A stretch of DNA of 60,407 bases, filler included, from Stramenopiles sp. TOSAG23-3 (GCA_900128585.1; 14 parts of 14 records of this genome joined end to end with filler, not necessarily neighbours in it), one strand, 5' to 3'; shown: positions 45,084 to 55,365, counted from the first letter of the whole stretch. A program made the numbers and translations. The notes: a model not told the origin generated them from the letters alone.

Positions 45084-45722
45084 CAAAATTGCATAAAACA
45101 AATTTTATTCACAAAATTCAATATTTATTAGTCTAATTATATATCATACTTCTTCTTACCATAAAATCGTGGTGTGTGTACTTCTGTTATAATACCGGTA
45201 TTAATAATAGTAGACCGACCTTTTTTTATTTCTATTGGCTGTTACACGTAGTCACTCACACAAAACGTCGTCGTCTTTGATATTATTATTATTTATTATA
45301 TTTTTTAAATCTAAATTATTAGTCTAATATATAGACTTAAGAAGAGAAAAGAAGAAGAAGAAGGAGGAAGAGGAGTGCGACGTGGCTTTTTGCTCTTCTT
45401 CGTCGGGTCGTCTGTGTCTTTACAAAAAAAAAAAAAGAAGAAGAGATAGAATAATATATTTAGAAGAAAGAAGAAGAGAAAGAAGAAGATACTTGGTAGA
45501 AGAAGCAAGAAAGAAGAAGAAAATGCATTTTTTCACTTCTTGATTATTTATATATTGGCTGACTCTGGTATAAAATAATACACCAAAGAAAATATGCAAA
45601 AAACTGTTGAATTCTAATCATCTTTTGCTTCAGGTGGTAATAATTACATCTGATTTTAAAGGTTTTTCAAAGGTTGGTAGTGTAATTAGAGATAGACCAA
45701 CAGATTATTCGTACTGCACCAA

Positions 45723-47378
45723 ATGGCGTCTCTCACGGAGGAAAATGCCCACGCGGGCGCGCCGGACACAAGCGTAATTTTTCCTGGTGAGTTTTGGGGG
45801 GCTTGCGCACTTGCGGACAAGCTGCTTGCTGTAGCTTCGGGAACACGGACCGAAGCAAAGGTTCTCAACGAATTCCTGTCAGTTCGCTCGGTAAAAGCGA
45901 TTATGGAAGAGTTGGCGCAAACGGAATCAGTAACGGTGGAACAGGTTGACTTAATCGTAAAGTTGCTGGAGCGCATCATTTTCAATAAGTGTGGAATGGT
46001 CGTAATATCACCGTCGTTGCCAGGTACAATGAACTATGTATTTTCAGGCCTCTCGTCGCACCACCGAAAGCTCCAAACATTGTCCGTTAACGTCATTGAC
46101 CACGTTTGCGGCGAGACTAGGACGAACCCGAAGCAGGCGTACACCTTTGACGAGCGGTACGTTCAGCCTCTGATCGACGTCCTTGGCAGCGAAAACCTGG
46201 AGGCAGCAGAGGCAGCCACGGATGTCATCGCGCGGGCAGCAGAGAGGGCGGAGCCTCCGCAAAAGCGACTTTTGGTTCGTTCCCTCATCGCCTTTTATAA
46301 AACACCCAAAGACGATTATGGTTTGTGTGAAATGAGGGGACTTCACTGCATTGCCCGCGCTGCCGCTACGGACGACGCGACGTTTCACATGTGCGAAGAC
46401 ATTGGTGCGATCAAGCTCTTTGACGAGGCCGTACAGACGGACGATATACTTCTTTGCATGAACGTTCTTGAAATGTTGAGGATAATGGCGATCCAGTTGT
46501 CGGGCGCAATTTATTTTTTCCAAAATACCACCGTTATCAGCGAGCTTTTCAATATGCTAGGCGTGAAGGACACAGGAGAGGACGCCACCGACCGGATTTC
46601 TAGCTTTGGGGGCGTATCCCTGCTTTGGGGGCCCGCCATTACGTTTTTTTCCGCTGTTTTTTGGCCCGACCTGCCCATCAAAGGGCTCGACCCGATCGCA
46701 TATGAAAACAGGGAGAAATTTGTACAGTCCTACATGGTTGTTTGCATATCGATTTTGAAGTATGGGCAAGAGATGCACGAGGAGGCCATGGTTTTGACCA
46801 CCATGGGGTCCTTGAAAGAGTTTGCTGACGGCGGGATGCAAAACGCCCGGACACTTATGGAACGAGAAACTCTGGTCGAAATTATTACAACTATGACCGC
46901 ATCGACGAATAGCATGTATCGCGGGACCGCTCTGCATATATTGGCCAGTGTGTTTCGTGCGGCGCTCCCCCCGATGGAATTCGGCGTAAAACTGTTTGAT
47001 GACATTGGTAAGGCGAACCGCAATGCAACCATGTCAACTATTGATGTCTTGCTCACCTACGCGAGGCAGCCTTTGGACGACACTAGGCGGGGGGTGTTTG
47101 ACCTTTTTGGCGCAATTCTTTCACAAGGCGGGGACTGGGGCATTCGGTTAACATTTAGCCATTCCAAGTTTGAGGAATGGCTGATGGATGCGAGATCAGA
47201 AACCAGCATGGAAATGAAGCAGTGGAAATTTCATATTTACGAAGCACTTTATGCATCCAGTAATATTAGTCTGCTTCGACCCGATCTGAGAGATGAAATT
47301 CTTAATAGGGTGAAGAACGGCCCGTACCACACTGGGGGCACGGCTAGCGCACAAGTTGCCACCGAGGAAGCAATGTGA
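45723..47378 (+). CDS. PSMD5: 26S proteasome assembly chaperone PSMD5/S5b/Hsm3-like
   Basis: ARM/HEAT-like helices, DDILLCMNVLEML, and C-terminal FEEWLMDARSE...K..K...L...GPYH...VATE matching the PSMD5 tail. Confidence 0.8.
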   Translation: MASLTEENAHAGAPDTSVIFPGEFWGACALADKLLAVASGTRTEAKVLNEFLSVRSVKAIMEELAQTESVTVEQVDLIVKLLERIIFNKCGMVVISPSLPGTMNYVFSGLSSHHRKLQTLSVNVIDHVCGETRTNPKQAYTFDERYVQPLIDVLGSENLEAAEAATDVIARAAERAEPPQKRLLVRSLIAFYKTPKDDYGLCEMRGLHCIARAAATDDATFHMCEDIGAIKLFDEAVQTDDILLCMNVLEMLRIMAIQLSGAIYFFQNTTVISELFNMLGVKDTGEDATDRISSFGGVSLLWGPAITFFSAVFWPDLPIKGLDPIAYENREKFVQSYMVVCISILKYGQEMHEEAMVLTTMGSLKEFADGGMQNARTLMERETLVEIITTMTASTNSMYRGTALHILASVFRAALPPMEFGVKLFDDIGKANRNATMSTIDVLLTYARQPLDDTRRGVFDLFGAILSQGGDWGIRLTFSHSKFEEWLMDARSETSMEMKQWKFHIYEALYASSNISLLRPDLRDEILNRVKNGPYHTGGTASAQVATEEAM

Positions 47379-47394
47379 GGAGATTCTTAAGATT

Positions 47395-47440
47395 AAAAAC
47401 AAGAAAAATTGGCTGTTATTTTATATAGTAAATTAAAATT
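47395..47440 (+). repeat. Dispersed 3'-associated element, copy 7
   Basis: AAAAACAAGAAAAATTGGCTGTTATTTTATATAGTAAATTAAAATT, 16 nt after the PSMD5 stop. Confidence 0.88.
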
Positions 47441-47594
47441 AAAGAAAAAAGAAGGTGTCAGTTCAAGAACAATATCTCCTCCTATTGCAGATCCNNNNNN
47501 NNNNNNNNNNNNNNNNNNNNNNNNNNNNNNNNNNNNNNTTAATTAATTAANNNNNNNNNNNNNNNNNNNNNNNNNNNNNNNNNNNNNNNNNNNN

Positions 47595-49095
47595 ATAACC
47601 CACCTAGTATACGCAGCAATGATGTTTTTCCCGTTCCAGAGGCCCCCATAATAATCAACGACTCTCCCTCTTTTACTTCAAACGATAACTCATGAAACAA
47701 AAGTTTGCCACGAAAGGCACCCGGCACTTCTGTGGTCTTGCCAGGAGCCCGACTGCAAAGATTTTCTACTGATATACTATTTGTGTTGCTTTTCACTGAA
47801 TGTTCTGAGTTTGGGGCAGTTGGAAGCTCCTTAATTGCTGCTAAAATTACGTCTTGCAATTCACCAACGCGATGAACCGCGCCCGCCATATTTGGGACCT
47901 TGGACCATAGTACGGGAATTAAAGCGAACACACCAATGCATATCTGTATTTGTTGGTCCCATTTCAAGATCAATTTTGGATTCACTGGCTGGCCATTTAT
48001 AGTACGCTCACTAACGGTTCTGGAAACATTTGTTGTGCTATTAAACATTTGGACCAGCTTTTCGTCTGTCATCCACACAATGACTGTATACCCAAAGGGG
48101 CCCATAAGAGCACCCGCTATGGTCCCAAAAGCGCCTACAACTGTGGTCCAGAAGATCAAACCACTCCTGTTCCGCACAACACTCGCAAACGTGGCTACGG
48201 CAGCCTCGCTCTCCGCTTTAACACCTCTGTAAAATACAATGCTTTCACTAAATTCACGGATGCGGGTGTGGACATACCTGAATGCGCCTTCTAAAAATTG
48301 TTGTTGAAACGTGAACTGGACTACTTTGCGCATGAACACGGTTGATAATACGAGGAAGAAAAGGGAGTAACATATCGTAGCTACTGCTGGACCCCAGCCA
48401 GAATTGAGAAATGGAGCAAGACTGGTTGCAAATAATGAAAGCAATTCAATGAGCCCACAACTCGGATTCAGCGAGTCATCCACGGAGCAAAGGACCATAT
48501 TCATAGACAAACCCGTCGCCAACTCAATATCGTTCGTTACTCGTTGGTCTATATTGTCTACGTCATGCTGAATGTTTGTTAAATAATAGGCAAGCTTTGA
48601 GGTGCCATAAATTTGTGAGTGGAAATGCCGCGTTAATTTAACTCGCCAGCGTAACCGAACGCTTTCGGATAAATATCCACCAACAGAACTGCTCACAGCC
48701 ATCGCAACAAAAACTACAGCTAACTTTGTGACACCATCACGAAACGCGGCAAGATTGCACTGAAATATAGGTGGCAACAATTCCGTGGCAACCCATTTAC
48801 TGGACAGTACTCCAAAGATACCGTTGAAAACGGAGAAAGGCACTGCAGCAAGACACATCAAAACCATCCTTGTGTCAAAGAAAGACAGCATGAACTTCAA
48901 CCGCCTCCAAAATGTTCCATCGACTTTGTAACTGTTTTTATTTCTGTTTCCGATAAAAGCAGAGAGTCGGCAAGCAGATTCCAGAGATGTTGTCTTCCTT
49001 GGTGGTGCCACCGACGAATTAACGCTATTCTCCATCTCGCCCAGCAACAGAGGCTGCCTTTGAGTCTGCTGAACCTGGGGTGCAGAAGTTGGCAT
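47595..49095 (-). CDS. ABC transporter subfamily D (peroxisomal type); truncated after Walker A
   Basis: LRWRVKLT, DNIDQRVTNDI, EGAFRYVHTRIREFSESIVFYRG (EAA-motif region), GASGTGKTSLLRILGGL. Confidence 0.93.
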
Positions 49096-49531
49096 CGCAA
49101 CAACTCAAACAAAATAGCGTACGATGGGGGCTTAAAGGTTACCTTCGTTTCGAAATTCTAAGTAAGATTTATCAAGACATTCGGCATTTAATGAACTCCT
49201 CGTCCAGTCGTCCATCCCACGACATAAGATTCTTGTTGATGATATGTGAATGACGAGGTATAATGAAGAAGGGCGGCGGCGGGCGGGGGTTGTTCAATTG
49301 AGAATTTATGATGAGACATTTTTTGTTGACGGGTGGTCCTTCTTCCAAGGGTTTGTATTCTTCAACAACAAGTACATATTAATATATTAATAAATAATAG
49401 GGGGGCGGGGGTCTCTTCTTGGGTACGGTAGGTACACTACAGGAAAATTAGGAATGCATGTTTCGGCAATTATTTGTTGATTGCTGTTATCGATAATAAT
49501 AATAACCTAAATTAGAAGCCTTCTTTCTTTT

Positions 49532-51139
49532 TCATTGACTATGTCTCTTTTTCTTTTCAACAGTTGCGGACGAGCCTATTATTGGTCTTAATTTTCTGCA
49601 CTTGACTGCCCAAGTCGACTTCATTTCTTCGACAAATTCCTGCCGGGTAGAGTCATTGGTTCCACCGAACGACTCAGGGAGTGCGTTCTTCCCGACGATG
49701 TCGTACAAGGCTTCCATATTGTTCAACATTGTGACTCTTTTCTGTAATTTAGCTGGCAAAACCTGGCACGCAATGGTCCATAACCACGACATCCAAGTTG
49801 GTTGGTTTGCAACCACAATCCCCAACATTCGCATGGGAAAACAATTTGCAGGGCTATACTTTTTCCAATCCACAGCTTTCAAACGGTAGGCATGCCGCAC
49901 CGAAAAGTCTTTTAAATCATGCACGACAAAAAACCCATTCAGACCCCAATCGTCATCGCCGCTTGTATACAGCAGGAAAAACACCGAAAACAAGATCAAA
50001 TCGTCGATGGCGACGTTCTGTAAAACAGCTGGCCTTGTAAGCAGCACCCGTTTCCCTGTGATTGTCCTTGAATTATTTCCAAGCATTACTATGCCCGAAG
50101 ACGACATGAATTGTTCCACAAACTCAGGGGTAACTTTGTCCAACAGACATTCCAACTTTATTGGATTTTCCATGTAAGAAGTGAACCCGTGAAACTGCTT
50201 TGCCGCTGCCTCAACGTGGTCACCAAAATTTCCCCCAAAAAAGCGAATGATTCGGCTCAATAATTGGTCCGAAAGTTCCGTGTTTTCTATGTACCTCTGC
50301 AGATCTGTGGAGTACTCTTCCCTGTCCGTATTGATTATTTGGTACCTAAGTGCTATGATATTGCTGGGGTGTTTGGAGTCTCTTTCCCCTTGCGTCCGGA
50401 GAAAAGGTGCTACCGACAGCGAAGCGTTCGCGGGATTCACAACAACGTCGGCAGTTGTTTTGCCCATGAGCGGAATCTCTGAAGTTGTTGGTTCTGTCGA
50501 TTGCGGTGACGACCGCATACGGAAAAACACCCACGTCGAGCAAACGATTGTTGCCGCTGACATGCACTGGTAATATTGCGAAGGGACGATTGTTCCAACG
50601 AAATGCGCCAAGAGTAAGAAAAATGTGCCAAGGGCAAAAGCAGCAGCGCCATCGCGGTTCATTTCAGAGTGCCTACCGACCGGTAGCGGCATAGGTGCCC
50701 CGGACTCCCTTGAATTCGGATGCGTGAGCTGCAAGCTCCCAAACAAGTCCAGAAACAGCTTGACTAAGTTTTTCATCTCGATTTCTGTATTGGCACGGAG
50801 GCGGAAAACCTCTACATCATTTTCCAATTCAAAGCAATATAGGTAGCTTTTATTCACAACCTTCCGTACTACCGAAGCCTCGTTCAACACGAAACCCCCT
50901 ATGGGGGCAACCCCCCCCCGTTCCTTCTGCGGGGTGTCCATCGAAAAGTATACCAGATTTGTGGTCGAGCTGCCATCGGGGGGCTTCAATAGTGCAAAGT
51001 ACCGCCGTTTCCAATTGCGACGTGAAAAGAGAGACGTCGATTTGGACCTCTCCTTCTTCCACAAAGCACCCTGGAACAGAGTTGGATAACTTGCACCACC
51101 GTATACAATTTCCCTGAATTGTTTTGCATTCTTCGCCAT
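49532..51139 (-). CDS. PH domain + TM hairpin + CRAL-TRIO (Sec14) lipid-binding protein
   Basis: PH: GALWKK...NWKRRYFAL...YCFEL...FRLRA. Two hydrophobic helices. CRAL-TRIO: HDLKDFS...FPMRM...NQP...LPAKLQKRV...LPESFGG. Confidence 0.85.
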   Translation of the reverse strand: MAKNAKQFREIVYGGASYPTLFQGALWKKERSKSTSLFSRRNWKRRYFALLKPPDGSSTTNLVYFSMDTPQKERGGVAPIGGFVLNEASVVRKVVNKSYLYCFELENDVEVFRLRANTEIEMKNLVKLFLDLFGSLQLTHPNSRESGAPMPLPVGRHSEMNRDGAAAFALGTFFLLLAHFVGTIVPSQYYQCMSAATIVCSTWVFFRMRSSPQSTEPTTSEIPLMGKTTADVVVNPANASLSVAPFLRTQGERDSKHPSNIIALRYQIINTDREEYSTDLQRYIENTELSDQLLSRIIRFFGGNFGDHVEAAAKQFHGFTSYMENPIKLECLLDKVTPEFVEQFMSSSGIVMLGNNSRTITGKRVLLTRPAVLQNVAIDDLILFSVFFLLYTSGDDDWGLNGFFVVHDLKDFSVRHAYRLKAVDWKKYSPANCFPMRMLGIVVANQPTWMSWLWTIACQVLPAKLQKRVTMLNNMEALYDIVGKNALPESFGGTNDSTRQEFVEEMKSTWAVKCRKLRPIIGSSATVEKKKRHSQ

Positions 51140-51899
51140 ACCAAAGCTGTCTCTGCGGGAGCTACTATAAGTATGAACACTCGCCTGACCCAAAGGAGAA
51201 ACCGGTGCTGCGTTCCCAGCGACGGCAGCAGAAAGCGCCTTTGGGTTGTCCCCCGTGGCGTGGTTGTGTCTTTGCTCTCGTCTGTTGCTCGGGTATTACC
51301 ACCCTATTCCCATTCTTGGAACAGTTTAATATAAAGCAATTAAAATGCAATAGACAAATGTTAATTTGAATCCACTCTGTTTTCGCCAAATTAAAAACAT
51401 TATATTATCATTTTTTATGGGTTTTTTATTATATTACTGGTATTATATTTTTGATTGAAATAATAATTGACAGAAGAAGAAGAAGAAGAAGAGAGAAGAA
51501 GAAGAGGAGGAAGAAGACGAGAAGAGAAAGCGAAGAAGGAAGAAGAAGAGAAGGACGAAGAAGGAAGAAAGAAGGAAGAAGAAGAGAAGAAGAAAGAACG
51601 AAGAAGAAGAAGAGAAGATGAAGATAGAAGAAGCAAGAAATTATTTTATATTTTCAATTGTGTGGGTGATTATGTGTGGTGTAATGTACGTATAATACTA
51701 TAATACACAATGTGTTATTTATGTCATATGCCTTTTTCTATTATTCTAAAAATGAACAATAAACTGGCGGCTGGCTTGCTTCTTTCTCAGAACTCAGAAN
51801 NNNNNNNNNNNNNNNNNNNNNNNNNNNNNNNNNNNNNNNNNNNTTAATTAATTAANNNNNNNNNNNNNNNNNNNNNNNNNNNNNNNNNNNNNNNNNNNN

Positions 51900-52043
51900 G
51901 TCACCGACGTACCCATCCTCCCCGAAATCAATGAGCCCCAAGAAAAAGGACGCGAAGTACACACAACGCAAAGAAGCAAAAAATACAAAGAGTTGAAGAA
52001 ATCGTACATTGAAGAAAGTGACGGCGGTTTATATTTATATTAA
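51900..52043 (+). CDS. 3' fragment of an unknown gene
   Basis: Open frame from the contig start, VTDVPILPE...GGLYLY*, with coding-like composition. Confidence 0.5.
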   Translation, partial: VTDVPILPEINEPQEKGREVHTTQRSKKYKELKKSYIEESDGGLYLY

Positions 52044-52183
52044 AAACAAAAAATTGTCTGTTGTTATTTAAGTAATTAAAATTTAGCTTTCTCCTGTACA
52101 GCGAAAATGAAACTGCTCCTTTTGTCCATTAGAGGTTTGCGTTCCTTCATGTATACTGCGAACTTATCTCTGCTCTTGTGGTT
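52041..52183 (+). repeat. Dispersed 3'-associated element, copy 8 (type B)
   Basis: Core begins at the TAA, followed by AAAATTTAGCTTTCTCCTGTACAGCGAAAATGAAACTGCTCCTTTTGTCCA and then CTGCGAACTTATCTCTGCTCTTGTGGTT. Confidence 0.85.
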
Positions 52184-52237
52184 ATATAATTTGTTAATAA
52201 TATTCATTATTAAGGAATGTAAACCTCGAATGTTTAG

Positions 52238-52309
52238 TAGATTTCAGTTCGCAGTTCGCAGTACATTTATTTTAATTTTACTTAAATAATAGCCAATTTT
52301 CTTGTTTTA
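52238..52309 (-). repeat. Dispersed element, copy 9 (type A)
   Basis: Minus strand TAAAACAAGAAAATTGGCTATTATTTAAGTAAAATTAAAATAAATGTACTGCGAACTGCGAACTGAAATCTA. Confidence 0.88.
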
Positions 52310-52680
52310 CTTAGTACTTCGTATTTTATATTTGATAAGTAAAAAACAAATAGTAACGGGGGCTAATTTAGAGATTAAATCTAAAGTGATTTAAGTTTAA
52401 AAAACAAACTAATTCAGGCCAATTTTTTATTAGTTAATATATACATATATAGAAGTTCTTTTACGAACGAAATAATAGCCAGACTACTTACCTCTTGAAA
52501 TGCCAAATTCATCCTTCTTTGCAATGTGAAACAAAATTATGGCTCTGTTATATTAGGTCAAGCACCTTTAAACAATTCACGCCGCTGCTTGGAAAATTAC
52601 ACAAGGACTGATTCATTTACGAGTGGGAAATCGTGCGAGGAAGTTGACTAACGGTCTTTTGACATCGACGCAAATCCACA

Positions 52681-52926
52681 TACCGATTCGGATCATGCAT
52701 GGAGTACACATGAGAATGAGATCGTCAAGACCAAAAGTGACTAAGAATATTATATTTTGGAAATTAAAAAGTAAAATCTCAGGAGCAGAGATAAGTTCGC
52801 AGCATTGTGAAAAAGAATCAAACGTAAATAATTTTTAAATTGGACCGAAGGAGCAGATTCACTTTCACGGTATATGGCAGAAGGTAAATTTTAAATACTT
52901 TAAACCACAGCCAAATTGTTCGTTTA
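52681..52926 (-). repeat. Dispersed 3'-associated element, copy 10 (type B, diverged, long)
   Basis: Starts ~5 nt after the stop at 52932: AATTTGGCTGTGGTTTAAAGTATTTAAAATTTACCTTCTGCCATATACCGTGAAAGTGAATCTGCTCCTTCGGTCCA...CTGCGAACTTATCTCTGCTCC...ACTCCATGCATGATCCGAATCGGTA. The last module is shared with copy 1. Confidence 0.85.
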
Positions 52927-52931
52927 ATATT

Positions 52932-54860
52932 TTAGGTCTCAAGCAACTCAACAAAACGTTTCCTACGATGCCTCAAAGCGAAGAAATACTCTTGCGAGTT
53001 TTTTTCAACTTCACGTATTGCCAGTATTCCCGCAAGGTTAAAAAATGCGTCTTGGTATAAAAAGGCTTGGATCTTAAAAGTAAGTGGGTCTAAGATTATT
53101 GACGCCACAACTCGAACCACACCCGACAGAACTATACCTACAGGGCCCACGTTCATTTCTGACGAAGAAAGCAAGGTGATCGTTTGTATGACAAACACCG
53201 TATACGTCGTTGCATAAAAGCTGTTGCAATAGAAAACACTGGGCAAGTTCTCAGTGCTGCAAGTTGACGAGAAATTTGCTCTATTTGCACCACTTAAACG
53301 GCATATTCGGTCGTGTACCAGCTCCCCCTTCAGCATTGCTGTGCCGTCATCATTTGTACGAGCAAGCGATTGTAATTCCATCCAATCCCGCATATTCAGA
53401 CCTTGGTCTTTGACATGGTTCCAACACGCCGGGCATCTATCACAGGCGCAGGTTTGGTTCATTGTGTGCGAGTTGTACAATTGTTCTCCTAATTGTTCCG
53501 AGCTTTCCATAGCGATCATCCACCCGGCTCCAAACAAGTAGGGTAGAAAGCCGAAAACCATAATCTTAGGGAGCCTTGCGTCTATACTGTAACAAGATTT
53601 TAATTTTTTACTTTTGCGGGCAATTAAAACAGAGAGACCGGCAAGCAGCATCAGCGAGGGCAAGCTGAGGTAAAACACAGGAAGCATAGCCTGCGTGTAT
53701 GCCTGACGATAGTTAATTTCCCCAGGAGTCCCATTATATTCTGGTATCATAAATATCAGAAAAACAATGGAGCCCACAATGCAAATAAAAATAGTGGATG
53801 CAATTTTTGACAAGACATACTTGGAATGCGCTTCCTCTTCAAATTTGCTATACTCGGCTGCAACTGCGGAATCTTTTAGTCTGAAACAAAACGAGCCTCC
53901 ACATCGGGAGCTATATTGAGCTTCCAAGTATTCCTTCTTCTGGGCTTTATTTCTCCAGAAATCATTTGCTATAGCAAAATTTCTGCGCGCTTTGGCTTCA
54001 ATTTTGTGAGACGATATTATACTAAAGAGCGAGGTTATCCCCAGGCTCCACATCGCACTTACAATGTTTGAAAACGAAATTTCTCTGCCAGGCTGGACAT
54101 GCAAAGCTATTAACTCTGCGATTGCGCACACCACAATAAAAAACACAGAACTTGAAAAACGAAGGGACAGGCCGATGGCAGCAAACCACAACAGCCCTTT
54201 GACGGTGGACGACAAATATAACAATCCACAATCGAGCCCATAATGAAAATCATCCACTGACAGCACTCGTTGTAGCATCTGCTGGGAAGTCAAAGTTAAC
54301 GAAATTACCAGAACAAAACTCCCAACAACATGGTCATAGTTGGCGAACGTCCACATCTTTTGCCACTTAGCTAAATAGAATATAACAAGGCCGATCGCAC
54401 TTGGTACAAAGGATACCACGTATACAATGGCCTCGTGGCCTTTCAGTAAATCAAGCAACGCGAAAAATTTTATTACAAACCCTGCACTAACAAGGATCGA
54501 AAACAATCTCAATGTGCCGATTCCTCTCCATTGTTCGATGAATTTTTCTTCTTCAATTTCATCCGTAAATTTCAACGACCAGTCGTTTATAACAAAACGC
54601 TCAGAGTCAACATATTCGGAGATTTCCCCCCGCACGGCTTGCAACGTTCTTGCAGCTGGGTTCAAGATGCACAAACTGTCAAGGAAAGATTTTTTCCTTT
54701 TACGCCTAGACTTTCTTCCACGACGACGCCGATGGGAAGATTTTCTCGGGACTATCTCTTTAGAAATACTTGATAACTCAACGTCAGTACTCTGGATAGC
54801 AGTCTTAGTCCAGACTATACTTTTATCCTTCCGCGCTTTCGAGGACGGGTTAACTGGCAT
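52932..54860 (-). CDS. Multi-pass membrane protein resembling two adenylyl/guanylyl-cyclase TM blocks, no catalytic domain
   Basis: Each block opens with an LxFxD..E..F/Y-type motif and closes with an E...R..F-type motif (IEAKARRNF; VEKNSQEYFF). Cys-rich extracellular loop in block 2. Confidence 0.6.
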   Translation of the reverse strand: MPVNPSSKARKDKSIVWTKTAIQSTDVELSSISKEIVPRKSSHRRRRGRKSRRKRKKSFLDSLCILNPAARTLQAVRGEISEYVDSERFVINDWSLKFTDEIEEEKFIEQWRGIGTLRLFSILVSAGFVIKFFALLDLLKGHEAIVYVVSFVPSAIGLVIFYLAKWQKMWTFANYDHVVGSFVLVISLTLTSQQMLQRVLSVDDFHYGLDCGLLYLSSTVKGLLWFAAIGLSLRFSSSVFFIVVCAIAELIALHVQPGREISFSNIVSAMWSLGITSLFSIISSHKIEAKARRNFAIANDFWRNKAQKKEYLEAQYSSRCGGSFCFRLKDSAVAAEYSKFEEEAHSKYVLSKIASTIFICIVGSIVFLIFMIPEYNGTPGEINYRQAYTQAMLPVFYLSLPSLMLLAGLSVLIARKSKKLKSCYSIDARLPKIMVFGFLPYLFGAGWMIAMESSEQLGEQLYNSHTMNQTCACDRCPACWNHVKDQGLNMRDWMELQSLARTNDDGTAMLKGELVHDRICRLSGANRANFSSTCSTENLPSVFYCNSFYATTYTVFVIQTITLLSSSEMNVGPVGIVLSGVVRVVASIILDPLTFKIQAFLYQDAFFNLAGILAIREVEKNSQEYFFALRHRRKRFVELLET

Positions 54861-55120
54861 TGTTGCAGCGCGAAGTTTTTCTGAGTAAGTTTTCTTTGGC
54901 CTTGAATTTCAACTATAAACGTGGTATGCACGAAATTAAGAAAGAAACCCTCTCGTGGGCAACTAGTGACAGAATCTTCAAGTTTTATCGCAGGAAGTAT
55001 GGGGAAAGGATGACCGCAATGACCGCAAAACAAATGGGGCGACGAAAGGCTTCCGGTTTTTGTTTTTAAATAATAAATAATTTATTATTATTAGTCTTAT
55101 GCTATTATGCTGTATTTCAG

Positions 55121-55365
55121 ACGCGCTCAGAAAAATCGGAAATCCCCCATTTAAAAAAAATAGGGTCTTTTATATAAAAAGCCTTAAAACATGGAGAAAA
55201 AAGAAGAATTTTTAGTCTTTCTTATATTGTATAAGAACACAAATAAATACATTATCCTAGCACTGTTTTAAGGCGATTATATACATTATAATATTACTAA
55301 TGCTGTATTAATGTTAAAACCCAATTATTGAAAAATGTGGGATTCCGATTTTTCTGAAGGCGCGT
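55121..55365. mobile_element. 245-bp foldback / MITE-like element
   Basis: Left arm ACGCGCTCAGAAAAATCGGAAATCCCCCATTT versus reverse complement of right arm ACGCGCCTTCAGAAAAATCGGAATCCCACATTT. Inner inverted pair GCCTTAAAACA / TGTTTTAAGGC. Confidence 0.7.
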
